Positions 51,953 through 63,396 of a stretch of 64,000 nucleotides of DNA are shown here, piece by piece. Under the pieces are notes generated by a model. The model was not told the DNA's origin. It saw only the letters and a program-made list of their open reading frames with translations, and ran no database searches. The translations under genes were made by a program, and so were the position numbers. Each line of letters begins with the position of its first letter. Position 1 is the first letter of the stretch. Source of the DNA: an uncultured Actinomycetes bacterium (GTDB lineage: Bacteria > Actinomycetota > Thermoleophilia > UBA2241); assembly GCA_963709345.1 (NCBI GenBank), contig CAVPVX010000011.1, positions 256,001-320,000 of the forward strand, given 5' to 3'.

Positions 51953-53610
51953 GCTTCCTGCGCGCGGTGATGCGGCGGCTCGACCCCTGGGCCGCACTCC
52001 TGCTCGGCGTCCTGGTCGCCTTGGGCGTCGTGATCCTGCTGGCAACGCCTGGGCCGTGGCATCGCGTCGTCGGCCCCGCGCCGGCCGTAACCCTCAAGCC
52101 GCCGCCGCCCGATGACGTCGCGGTGTTCGTGCTGGGAGGACGTGGCGGCGCCTGCTCAGGTGTCGTGTGGCTGCACATCGACGCCGACGAGTTGTCGCTC
52201 ACCGCCGTCGTGATCGCCGGACACGTCACGGGCTCTGTGCCCGGCGCCGGCTTCGCCCCGCTTGCGGACGTCGTCGATACGGCGGGTCCGCGTGCCGCCG
52301 CCGCCGCGCTCAGCGAGGAGCTCGACGTACAGATGGACGCGTGGGTGACGCTCGACCGCAGGGCGCTGGCACAGGCGGTCGATCCCATGTTCCCGATGGA
52401 CGACGTACGCGCCGCGCGCGGCCGGTACCGCCTGGCGTTCTCCGCCTGGAAGGGCAAGGGAGGAGTGGAGGAATCGTGGCGCACCCAGTACGAGACGCTG
52501 CGCGAGGCGCTCCCGCAGGTCGCCTTTCACGAGCTCAACGTCGTTGCGTTCTCGAATTACGTGCTCGGCTTCGGCTTCGTGCGCAGCGACCTTACGCTTC
52601 AAGACGCGACCTCCCTGGCCGACACGCTGCGTGAGATCGACCCCGGCCTCGTCGAGGTGCGCACGGCGGCGGTCGTCGTCGAGACCTGCCGCGGCGCGGA
52701 GATGTGGCACATGGACGCCAGCCGTCTGGAGACGCTGCGCCTGTCGCTTGCTCTTGGTCTCGTTCCTCCCGACGTTGGGCCACGTATCGTCCGCCGGAGG
52801 CGCGCTGCTCGCGTTCTGGTCGTCGCTCCCATGCCGGCCGCCGAGGCGGATGTCTACATCCGGCAGGTGCGCCGGAGCCTGCGTCGCTCCGCCGGCTCGC
52901 CCATCGAAGTCCGGTCGGTCGCGGGCGTCACCGCCGATCTCGCCCTTCGTGCCGCCCGCGCCCTCGACCGGCGCGCTCCACTGGCCGTCCTCGTCGCGCC
53001 GCCGGACGCGGCCGACACCGATGCCGCGGAGATCGTCGCAGAGGTCTACGCGATGTTGAGGAGGCGAGGGCAGGAAGCGGTGGCGGCTGGGCCGCTGCCC
53101 GGACCTGCTGCGTCGTCGGAGGTGAGCGAGCCGCCCACTTCCGGCCTGCGGGTCGTGGTCGCCGGTGGCGGGCTGCCCGTGTCCTGGGCGCCGGACGCGG
53201 CGGAGGACGGCGTCACGAGTCCGCGGAGTGAAGCCATCGTCGGCGCCGCAGCCGCCAACGTCCAGACCCTCGTGCGCGCCTGCTGGCCGGGCGTCCTTGC
53301 GCCGGAGCTCGCGGCGACGCGACTCGGCTTCCCTTTCGTCGCCGCCCGTCACACCGGCGTCGGGGTCGTGTCGGCGACGGAGGATGCGGCGGCGCCCGTC
53401 ATGTCCCGGCTTCGGCTCTGGGGTTTCGTGGTCGGGCGGCTTGTGCTGAGCCCGACGGACTGGACGCCACCCGGCGCGGGAGCGGCGCTCTACTATCGCT
53501 CGTCCTCAAGAATGGCCGCTCGGGTCCTCGCCGACGGGCTGGGACTGGGACCGGCGGCGGTCATCAGGGATGACGATGCGCCGCGGCCCGTAGTTCTCGT
53601 CGTCGAGTGA
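51949..53610 (+). CDS. degenerate LCP-like membrane-anchored protein
   Basis: Colinear with the LCP core (VAVFVLG..VVWLHID..GPRAAAAALSEELDVQMDAWVTLD) but lacks GSD, RSD, PRD and RxR; LytR_C-like end; GTGA overlap. Confidence 0.65.
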   Translation: MSFLRAVMRRLDPWAALLLGVLVALGVVILLATPGPWHRVVGPAPAVTLKPPPPDDVAVFVLGGRGGACSGVVWLHIDADELSLTAVVIAGHVTGSVPGAGFAPLADVVDTAGPRAAAAALSEELDVQMDAWVTLDRRALAQAVDPMFPMDDVRAARGRYRLAFSAWKGKGGVEESWRTQYETLREALPQVAFHELNVVAFSNYVLGFGFVRSDLTLQDATSLADTLREIDPGLVEVRTAAVVVETCRGAEMWHMDASRLETLRLSLALGLVPPDVGPRIVRRRRAARVLVVAPMPAAEADVYIRQVRRSLRRSAGSPIEVRSVAGVTADLALRAARALDRRAPLAVLVAPPDAADTDAAEIVAEVYAMLRRRGQEAVAAGPLPGPAASSEVSEPPTSGLRVVVAGGGLPVSWAPDAAEDGVTSPRSEAIVGAAAANVQTLVRACWPGVLAPELAATRLGFPFVAARHTGVGVVSATEDAAAPVMSRLRLWGFVVGRLVLSPTDWTPPGAGAALYYRSSSRMAARVLADGLGLGPAAVIRDDDAPRPVVLVVE

Positions 53611-53622
53611 ACGTCTCGCAAG

Positions 53623-53661
53623 ACGACGGCGGCGCCTTCCTCTGCGGGAAGGCGCCGTCGT
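53623..53661. terminator. hairpin between convergent genes, likely bidirectional terminator
   Basis: cggcgccttcc-tctgcg-ggaaggcgccg core stem, extendable outwards. Confidence 0.7.
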
Positions 53662-53682
53662 GGCGTACACGATGGATCTCAG

Positions 53683-54051
53683 TTAGGCGTGACTGCGGCG
53701 CAGAAGAACTCCGCCGCCGATGAGACCGACGCCTGCGGCGAGGATGAGGAGCACCTCGCTGCCGGTGAAGGCGAGCTGCCCACCCTGGGTCCCAGGATCC
53801 TGCAAGCTCGCCAAGTAGTCTTCGAGGACGCCCCTCAGGTCGGTGTACTGCGCGTAGATCGGGTTGTTCTCGATGAAGTCCAGCGCTGCCTGGATCTCGG
53901 CGGCCGACCAGTTGCCGTCGATGGTGCCGTCCTTGGCATCTTCGATGATCGCGTCGATCACCGACTGCGGCACGGCCGCCTGCGCGACCACGGCGAACGC
54001 GAGCACGAGCAGGAGGACAACTGCGATTACGGTCAGAAGCTTGACCTTCAT
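53683..54051 (-). CDS. small secreted protein with LAFTG (LAxTG/LPxTG-like) cell-wall sorting signal
   Basis: Signal peptide MKVKLLTVIAVVLLLVLAFAVVAQA; C-terminus LAFTG + hydrophobic segment + RR; SD GAGGGGG. Confidence 0.85.
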   Translation of the reverse strand: MKVKLLTVIAVVLLLVLAFAVVAQAAVPQSVIDAIIEDAKDGTIDGNWSAAEIQAALDFIENNPIYAQYTDLRGVLEDYLASLQDPGTQGGQLAFTGSEVLLILAAGVGLIGGGVLLRRSHA

Positions 54052-54213
54052 GTCTTCACCCCCCCTCACAACGTCTTTCCGGCGGTTACCGGTGGAATAC
54101 ACCATACTTGTACCACTTGTCGTCGCACATGACCATACTCCCGCCGGCTCAGAAGCGCGGGTGTGCTGTCCGCGGCACGTCTTCGATATGACGATGACAG
54201 TATAATGCCGCCG

Positions 54214-56467
54214 ATGGACCCCCTGACAAACACTCGCCCTGTTGGCCGAGTGATGCGGCGGCCGCAGAACGCCATCCCTTACGCGGTCGCCGTAGCGGCT
54301 GTGGCGGCCTTCTCCTTCTTGTCCGGGGGGTACATCCTGGGGCGGAGCACCCCCATCGCGGTCGCCGTTCTCCTGCTGGCGGCTGTATGGGTGTGGTTTC
54401 TCCGCCGCCGCCGGCGTCCCTCCTGGCCGTTTGTCGCGGCTCTCGTCGTCTTCGGCCTCTACGCCCTGTGGACCGGGGCCTCCGTGCTCTGGTCGCTCGC
54501 CCCGGACCTGACCTGGGCGGCGTTCAACCTCACCGCGTTCTACCTCGCCGTCCTCGCGGTGCTCGGCCTCACGTCGGTGCGTGTTCTGCAGCTGCGTACG
54601 GCGGGCTACGGGTACTTCGCCGTCGCCGTGGCCGTCGGCGTCTATGCGTTTCTCGGCAAGGCGCTGCCCGAGGTCGTGACGCACGCGCACCGGTACGCGC
54701 GTCTCGACAGCCCGGTGGGCTACTGGAACGTACTCGCGCTGATGATGGTCATGGGGCTCTGCGTGGGCCTTTCTCTCGCGGGGGACCGGCGGGCGCACCC
54801 CGCCTGGCGCGCGCTCGCCGCCGCCGCCGCGGTTCCCATGTGCATCACGTTCTACTACTCCTTCTCGCGTGGCGGGTGGATCGCTCTGGGCGTCGCGCTC
54901 CTGCTCTACTTCGCGTTCACGACCAGCCGGCTCGCCAGCCTGAGCAGCCTGGTCGCGATCGTCACTCCCGTCGCCGTCGTGCTGTGGCGCCTGCGTGGTC
55001 TGAGCACGCTGTCAACGGCCACGACCGACGATGCCCTGCGCGCTCTTGAGGGGGGCGTGCTCCTCCGCTGGTCGCTCGCGGCGATACTCGTCGCGAGCGG
55101 CGTCCAAGTCGCGATCGCCCTCCTCCATCGCGCCGTGCCCTGGCCGCGCTGGCTGCGCTTCGCCGCGGGCGCTACGATCGTGGTCGTGCTGGTGGGCGGG
55201 GCGATCGGGGGTTCGTGGCGATTCCTCGAGCCGCGCGGCGGCACCGCCTGGATCGGCGAGCGCGTGACCGTCCTTCTCGAGGGGAGCGACGAGACGTCGA
55301 GCAATGAGGGGGCGGGGCGCCTCATCTCTCTCAACACGGGGCGGCCGGAGCTCTGGCGTGAGGCGATGGACCAGTGGCGGCACGCGCGCGTGAGTGGGTC
55401 GGGCGCCGGCACCTTCCCCTTCACGCACTACCGCTTCAGGGAGACCGGAGGCGTCACCAAGCACGCGCACAGCCAGTGGTTCAACGTGCTCGGCGAGCTG
55501 GGTACGGTGGGGCTTGCGCTGTTCGTCGCGGCCATGGCGCTGTGCGTCGCCGCGATGGTCGGCAACCCCTTCTCGTGCCGGCGCGACCCGCTGCACCCGC
55601 TCCTCGTGGCGATGCAGGCGGGCGTGATCGCCTTCTTCGTGCACGTCTCCTGGGATTGGGACTGGGACATGGCCGCGATCGGGACGCTCGTGTTCGTCTT
55701 CGTGGCGGCGTCGGCTTCGTACCGCACGGCCCGTGCTGCCGACGAGCGCGATCGGGAGCCGCGGCGAGCGACGTCGTCAGGTGCGCGGGTCGCTGCCGCG
55801 CCCGCTTCGGACGAGCCGGGGCCCGACGAGCCGGATGCGCGCGAGGCGGCCGCGTTCGCGGCCACCGTCGTCGTCACGAGCGCGAACGCCGTCGTGTCTG
55901 CCGGCGGCGATACGATCGCACGCGACCACACGACTGCCGGCGACCGATGTGACCGCGGGCGACCACGTGACCGCGGACGGTCGCGACGCAGCCGACGGCC
56001 CGGATGACAGAGCCGGCGCGCCGGTGGCCGCGCGGCGCCGGCATGCCGGCTGGGCGCCGCGGGTCGTCGCCAGCGTGGCCCTCGTGCTGCTGGCGTTGAG
56101 CTGGATGCCGCCGTATCTGGCGGGTCGCGCGGAGAAGGCGGCGCGCGTGGCGGCCAGCGACGGCGAGGTCGCCGTCGCGCTCGACCACGCCGCGCGGGCC
56201 GCGCACCTTGATCCTCTGGCGGCCGATCCGCTGCTGCTCCAGTCGTCCCTCCTGCAGCAGGAGGGACGCAGTCGCGAGGCGCTCGACAAGGCGGAGGCGG
56301 CGACCCGACTGCAGCCGGCGAACTACAAGGCCTGGTACGAGCTCGGCAGGCTGCAGCTCACCGTGCTGGGCCGCCCGAAGGACGCCAGAGCCTCGTTCCG
56401 CCGCGCGCTCGAGCTCAACCCGTTACACGACGGCAGCCGAGCGGAGCTCGACGCGCTCGCCTTCTGA
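54214..56467 (+). CDS. O-antigen ligase (Wzy_C) family membrane protein with C-terminal TPRs, split by a +1 frameshift at about 55946
   Basis: RLDSPVGYWN, SFSRGG, R.ELW, GSGAGTF, HAHS, ELGTVG; TPR repeats in the next frame; TATAAT at 54201 suggests a leaderless start at 54214. Confidence 0.85.
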
Positions 56468-56582
56468 GTCCCGGGGGTGCCTCCGGGGATCGCCGCGGGC
56501 TCCCCGGACCCTTGTGGCGCCTGTGGTAGACTCTCGCCCGAAATGGGGCTCCCCCACACCTGCGACGGAGGTGTCGTTCCGC

Positions 56583-57896
56583 ATGCATGCCACTCCGATC
56601 GGGGTCGTCGGCACCGGGTACGTCGGGCTGGTCTCAGCCGTGTGCTTTGCTCACCTGGGCCACGACGTCGTCTGTATGGACATCGACGAGGGCAAGATCG
56701 CCCGTCTCTCCAGAGGGGATGTCCCCATCTACGAGCCGGGGCTCGAAAAGCTCATCGCCGACAACGCCGGCCGGCTGACTTTCACCACGTCCTACGACGA
56801 GGTGCTGGCGGCCTGTCGCATCCTGTTCATAGCCGTCGACACGCCTCCGTCGCCGTCTGGCGACGCCGATCTCTCGCGCGTGCAGCACGCGACGCGCGAG
56901 ATCGCGGCCCGCGGCGGTGAGCGGCTTCTCGTCATGAAGAGCACCGTGCCGGTGGGCACGGGCGAGAAGGTCATGGCCGACCTTGAGGCTCTCGGTGCGA
57001 CCGGCATGACCTACGCGTCGAATCCCGAGTTCCTGCGCGAAGGCGCCGCCATCCAGGACTTCCTCGAGCCCGACCGCATCGTGATCGGCGCGTTCCGCGA
57101 CGAGGACGGCGACGCCGTCGCGGCGCTGTACCGCGGCATCGACACCGACGTCGTCCGCACCAGCGTGCCGACGGCCGAGATGGTCAAGTACGCCTCCAAC
57201 GCGTTCCTCGCCACCAAGATCTCGTTCATCAACGAGATCGCCAACGTCTGCGAGCAGGTGGGCGCCGACGTGCGCACCGTCGCCTACGGCATGGGTCTGG
57301 ACCACCGCATCGGGCCGCACTTCCTGCAAGCCGGCATCGGCTACGGCGGCTCGTGCTTCCCCAAAGACGTGCAGGCGCTCAAGCAGCTGGCGGGGAACAC
57401 CGGCTACCACTTCCAGCTGCTCAACGCCGTCATCGAGGTCAACGCGCTCCAGAAGAGGCGTGTCGTCGGCAAGCTCAAGGAGCGGCTGGGGAACCTGCGC
57501 GGGGCCACCATCGCGCTGCTCGGCCTCACCTTCAAGCCGCAGACCGACGACCTGCGCGAGGCGGCCTCCATCGTCCTCGCCGGCCGCCTGATCCATGAAG
57601 GCGTGCGCGTGAAGGCGTACGATCCCATGCTCGAAGCCGGAGAGCACCCGTTGTTCCCCGGCGTCGTCATCTGTAGCGAGCCACTCGAGGCCCTCGAGTC
57701 CGCGGACGCGGCGGTGCTCGTGACCGAGTGGTCCGAGTTCGGCCGCCTCGACTGGAAGGCCGCCGCCGCGGCGATGTCGCGGCCGCTGCTCGTGGACGGG
57801 CGCAACTTCGTCGACCGCGATGCCGTCACCGCCGCCGGGTTCGAGTACGAGGGCATCGGTCTCGGCGCCGCGGCTCCGACGCCCGTCGCCGGCTGA
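56583..57896 (+). CDS. ugd: UDP-glucose/GDP-mannose 6-dehydrogenase
   Basis: GTGYVG, KSTVP, NPEFLREG, KYASN, GYGGSCFPKD, FKPQTDDLRE. Confidence 0.93.
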   Translation: MHATPIGVVGTGYVGLVSAVCFAHLGHDVVCMDIDEGKIARLSRGDVPIYEPGLEKLIADNAGRLTFTTSYDEVLAACRILFIAVDTPPSPSGDADLSRVQHATREIAARGGERLLVMKSTVPVGTGEKVMADLEALGATGMTYASNPEFLREGAAIQDFLEPDRIVIGAFRDEDGDAVAALYRGIDTDVVRTSVPTAEMVKYASNAFLATKISFINEIANVCEQVGADVRTVAYGMGLDHRIGPHFLQAGIGYGGSCFPKDVQALKQLAGNTGYHFQLLNAVIEVNALQKRRVVGKLKERLGNLRGATIALLGLTFKPQTDDLREAASIVLAGRLIHEGVRVKAYDPMLEAGEHPLFPGVVICSEPLEALESADAAVLVTEWSEFGRLDWKAAAAAMSRPLLVDGRNFVDRDAVTAAGFEYEGIGLGAAAPTPVAG

Positions 57897-57907
57897 GCCG
57901 CTCCGGC

Positions 57908-59068
57908 ATGAGCCACACGCGCGGCACTCCGCGGCAGGCCGTTATCCTCGTCGGCGGCGAGGGCAGGCGGCTGCGTCCCGTCACCTCTCGCGTGCCCAAG
58001 CCGGTGGCTCCCGTGGTCGAGAGACCCTTCGTCGCCTACATCCTCGACAACCTGGCGCGACACGGGGTCGAACGCGCCGTGTTCTCGACGGGTTTTCTCG
58101 CCGAAGCGATCGAGGCCGTCATCGGCGACGGCGCCGCGTACGGCCTGCAGGTCGAGTACGCGGTCGAGAGCGAGCCTCTCGGCACCGCCGGAGCGATCGC
58201 CAACTGCGAGGGCAAGCTCCTCGACGACAGCTTTTTCGTGTTCAACGGTGACGTGCTGAGCGACGTGGACCTGACGGCGCTGGCCGCGGCTCACGTGGAC
58301 CGGGGAGGTATGGGCACGATCTACCTCACTCCGGTGGACGACCCGCGGCGCTACGGCCTCGTCGAGCTTCGCGGGGACGGCAGCGTGGCGAGCTTCCTCG
58401 AGAAGCCCGGGGAGTGGGAGGGCACCGCGCTGATCAACGCCGGCGTCTACGTGCTCGAGCCCGAGATCCTCGAGATGATCCCGAGGGGGCGGCACTTCTC
58501 GATCGAGCGCGGGGTGTTCCCCAAGCTGGCGGCGGCCGGATCGCTGTACGGCCACGTCGATCACGGGTACTGGCGAGACATCGGCACGCCCGACAGCTAC
58601 CTGCAGGCGCACTTCGATATCCTCGAGCGCACCGTCGATACGCGGGTGGCGGAGGCCCTCGGCGAGCAGTATCTATGGGTCTCGCCGACGGCGACCGTGG
58701 ACCCGAGGGCTCGGGTCATCCCGCCGTGCTTCGTCGCCGACGGCGTGCGCGTCGAGGCCGGCGCCAGGGTCGGCCCGCTGGCTGTGCTCGGCGCCGGCTG
58801 CGTGGTGGCCGAGGGGGCCGTGGTCGTCGAGGCGGTGGTCCAGGCGGAGGTCACCATAGGCGCCCACGCGCAGATCGAAGGCAGCATCCTGGTGCGCGGC
58901 AGCAGCGTCGGCTCCGGGACGCAGCTGAACGGCGCCGTCCTCGGCGACGGCTGTGCGATCGGGGCCGGCAACCGGCTCGCCGGGGGCATCTGCGTCTATC
59001 CCGACACGGAGATCCCGGATAACTCGATACAGTTCTACGAGCAGCTTCGCGGCAGGGAGGGCACATGA
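57908..59068 (+). CDS. NDP-sugar pyrophosphorylase, mannose-1-phosphate guanylyltransferase-like, with left-handed beta-helix
   Basis: ILVGGEGRRLRP...PKP, EPLGTAGA, NGDVL, FLEKP, INAGVY, WRDIGTP. Confidence 0.9.
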   Translation: MSHTRGTPRQAVILVGGEGRRLRPVTSRVPKPVAPVVERPFVAYILDNLARHGVERAVFSTGFLAEAIEAVIGDGAAYGLQVEYAVESEPLGTAGAIANCEGKLLDDSFFVFNGDVLSDVDLTALAAAHVDRGGMGTIYLTPVDDPRRYGLVELRGDGSVASFLEKPGEWEGTALINAGVYVLEPEILEMIPRGRHFSIERGVFPKLAAAGSLYGHVDHGYWRDIGTPDSYLQAHFDILERTVDTRVAEALGEQYLWVSPTATVDPRARVIPPCFVADGVRVEAGARVGPLAVLGAGCVVAEGAVVVEAVVQAEVTIGAHAQIEGSILVRGSSVGSGTQLNGAVLGDGCAIGAGNRLAGGICVYPDTEIPDNSIQFYEQLRGREGT

Positions 59069-60414
59069 CGATCCCGGACGGCATCTTCAAGGCCTACGAC
59101 ATCCGCGGTCTGTACCCGCAGGAGCTCGACGAGGAGGCGGCGGAGCGCATCGGGTGCGCCCTGGCGCAGCAGCTGGGCGCGGCGCGGCTGGGCGCCGGGA
59201 TGGACCCGCGCCCGTCGTCCACGGGCCTGCTCGAGGCGTTCGCGGCAGGCGCCGCTGCGGGAGGCGCTGCGACGGTCGACTTCGGTCTCGTCCCCACGGA
59301 GATGGTGTACTTCGGCGTCGCCTCACAAGGGCTGGACGGCGGCGTGATGGTGACGGCCTCGCACAACCCCCCCGAGTACAACGGCATGAAGCTGGTCGGC
59401 GAGGGCGCCCTGCCGCTGAGCGGCGACGCCGGCATCCCCGAGCTCAAGGAGCGGAGCCAGGCGCTGGCCGAGTTGCCGGCGCGCATCGCCTTCGGGGGGC
59501 TCGAGCGCTTCGATCTGTATCCCGGCTATGTCGATCACCTGCGCAACCAGGTCGACATGGCCGCCTTCAAGCCGTGCAAGGTGGTCATGGACGCCGCCAA
59601 CGGCGTCGCCGGCAAGCTCGCGCCGCGGCTGTTCGACGGCACTCCCTTGGAGCGCGTCGAGATGTACTTCGAGGTCGACGGCACCTTCCCGAACCACGCA
59701 CCGAATCCCCTGCTCGAAGAGAACAGCCGCGAGATCCGCGAGCGCGTCGTCGCTGAGAAGGCCGACCTCGGCATCGCCTGGGACGGAGACGCCGACCGCT
59801 GCTTCTTCATCGACGAGGCCGGCGAGTTCGTTCCCGGCGACTTCGTGACCGCGCTGCTCGCCCAGGCGCTCCTGCTCAAGAACCCCGGCGCGGCGATCCT
59901 CTACGATCTGCGCGCCAGCCGCGCGGTGCCCGACGTCATCCGTGCCGGAGGCGGCGTGCCGCTGCTCAACCGCGTCGGCCACGCCTTCTTCAAGCAGCGC
60001 ATGCGTCGCGAAAAGGTCCTCTTCGGCGGCGAGGTCTCGGGCCACTACTACTTCGCCGCCAACTACAACGCCGACTCCGGCTTCATCCCGGCGCTGCTCA
60101 TTTTGGAGCTTCTCTCCCAGAAGGGCGCGACGATGGCGGAACTGCTGGAGCCGCTGCGCAGCAGGTATTTCATCAGCGGCGAGATCAACTCCACGGTCAC
60201 GGACGTGGCGGCCGCGCTGGCGCGCATCGAGGCCCGCTTCGGCGACGGCGCGATCACGCACCTCGACGGCGTCTCCGTCGACTACGACGACTGGTACTTC
60301 AACGTGCGTCCTTCCAACACCGAGCCCTTGCTGCGCCTCAATCTCGGCGCCGACGCGGAGGGTCTGATGGAGGAGAAGCGTGACCTCGTCCTCGCGGTCA
60401 TCCATGAGGGGTGA
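59065..60414 (+). CDS. manB: phosphomannomutase/phosphoglucomutase
   Basis: FKAYDIRG, TASHNP, DGDADR, GGEVSGH, RPSNTEP. Confidence 0.92.
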   Translation: MTIPDGIFKAYDIRGLYPQELDEEAAERIGCALAQQLGAARLGAGMDPRPSSTGLLEAFAAGAAAGGAATVDFGLVPTEMVYFGVASQGLDGGVMVTASHNPPEYNGMKLVGEGALPLSGDAGIPELKERSQALAELPARIAFGGLERFDLYPGYVDHLRNQVDMAAFKPCKVVMDAANGVAGKLAPRLFDGTPLERVEMYFEVDGTFPNHAPNPLLEENSREIRERVVAEKADLGIAWDGDADRCFFIDEAGEFVPGDFVTALLAQALLLKNPGAAILYDLRASRAVPDVIRAGGGVPLLNRVGHAFFKQRMRREKVLFGGEVSGHYYFAANYNADSGFIPALLILELLSQKGATMAELLEPLRSRYFISGEINSTVTDVAAALARIEARFGDGAITHLDGVSVDYDDWYFNVRPSNTEPLLRLNLGADAEGLMEEKRDLVLAVIHEG

Positions 60415-60415
60415 T

Positions 60416-61510
60416 GTGAGGGGCGCGACCGATCTCGGGCCGGCGCGCGTCGCCGAGCTCGACAGCGGTGACATGCTCGGCGCCATCGCCGCGTTGCCGT
60501 GTCAGCTCCGCGACGGGTACGCGACTGCCCGGGAGCGACTCGCCGGGGCCTTCTTCGGCACGTTTCCCGCGATCCCGCCGGCTGCGCCGGACGGGGTCGT
60601 CGTCTGCGGCATGGGCGGCTCGGCGATCGGCGCCGACCTTGTCTTCGCCTGCCTCCCGGACCTCGCCGTGCCGGCGAGTGTCGTCCGCGGCTACGAGTTG
60701 CCGGCGTGGGCGGGACCCGAGACGCTGGTCGTCGTGATCAGCTACTCGGGCGAGACCGAGGAGTCGCTGGCCTGTGTGGCGCATGCGCGCGCGCGGGGCT
60801 GCGCGCCCGTGTGCATCGCCTCGGGTGGCCGCCTGGCCGCTTTTGCCGCCACGGAGGGCTTGCCTCATGTTCCGGTCGCCGGCGGGGGGCAGCCACGGGC
60901 CGCCGTGGGGTCGCTCTCCATGCCGCTCCTGGCGACGCTCGAGGCGGCGGGTCTGTGCCGCGAGCACGCCGGGGACGTCGCCGCCGCCGCCACCCAGCTC
61001 GAGTCCGACGGCGTGAGGCTGGGCGCGGATTCGGACGAGCCGGCCAACGCCGCCAAGGCGCTCGCTCGTCGTCTGAAGGGCCGTCTCGCCCTCGTGTACG
61101 GCGCCGGGCCCACGGCGCCCGTCGCCCGGCGCTGGAAGGGCCAGATCAACGAGAACGCCAAGGCGCCCGCCTTCTTCAACGAGCTCTCCGAGCTCGATCA
61201 CAACGAGATCATGGGCTGGACGAGTCTGAGGCAGGTGACGACGTCCGCCCTCGCCGTGTTCCTGGACGACGAGGGCGCCGGCCCGCGTCTGGCGCGGCGC
61301 GCCGGTCTCACGGCGCTGGAGTACGAGGCGCTGGGCGTCGCCACCGAGCACGTCGTATCTCACGGCGCCTCGCCGCTGGCGCGTCTCTTCTCGCTGGTGC
61401 AACTCGGCGACTATGCGTCCTGCTATCTCGCCCTGCTCTACGGCGTCGACCCGACGCCGGTCGCCGCCATCGAGCGCCTCAAGGACCGGCTCGCCGGCGA
61501 CGCCGGCTGA
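60416..61510 (+). CDS. bifunctional phosphoglucose/phosphomannose isomerase (SIS)
   Basis: GMGGSAIG, SYSGETEE, QPRAA, RWKGQINENAK, ELDHNE. Confidence 0.92.
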   Translation: MRGATDLGPARVAELDSGDMLGAIAALPCQLRDGYATARERLAGAFFGTFPAIPPAAPDGVVVCGMGGSAIGADLVFACLPDLAVPASVVRGYELPAWAGPETLVVVISYSGETEESLACVAHARARGCAPVCIASGGRLAAFAATEGLPHVPVAGGGQPRAAVGSLSMPLLATLEAAGLCREHAGDVAAAATQLESDGVRLGADSDEPANAAKALARRLKGRLALVYGAGPTAPVARRWKGQINENAKAPAFFNELSELDHNEIMGWTSLRQVTTSALAVFLDDEGAGPRLARRAGLTALEYEALGVATEHVVSHGASPLARLFSLVQLGDYASCYLALLYGVDPTPVAAIERLKDRLAGDAG

Positions 61511-61516
61511 CTCGCC

Positions 61517-63383
<1,867 letters not shown>

Positions 63384-63396
63384 GCCGGAGAACAGG

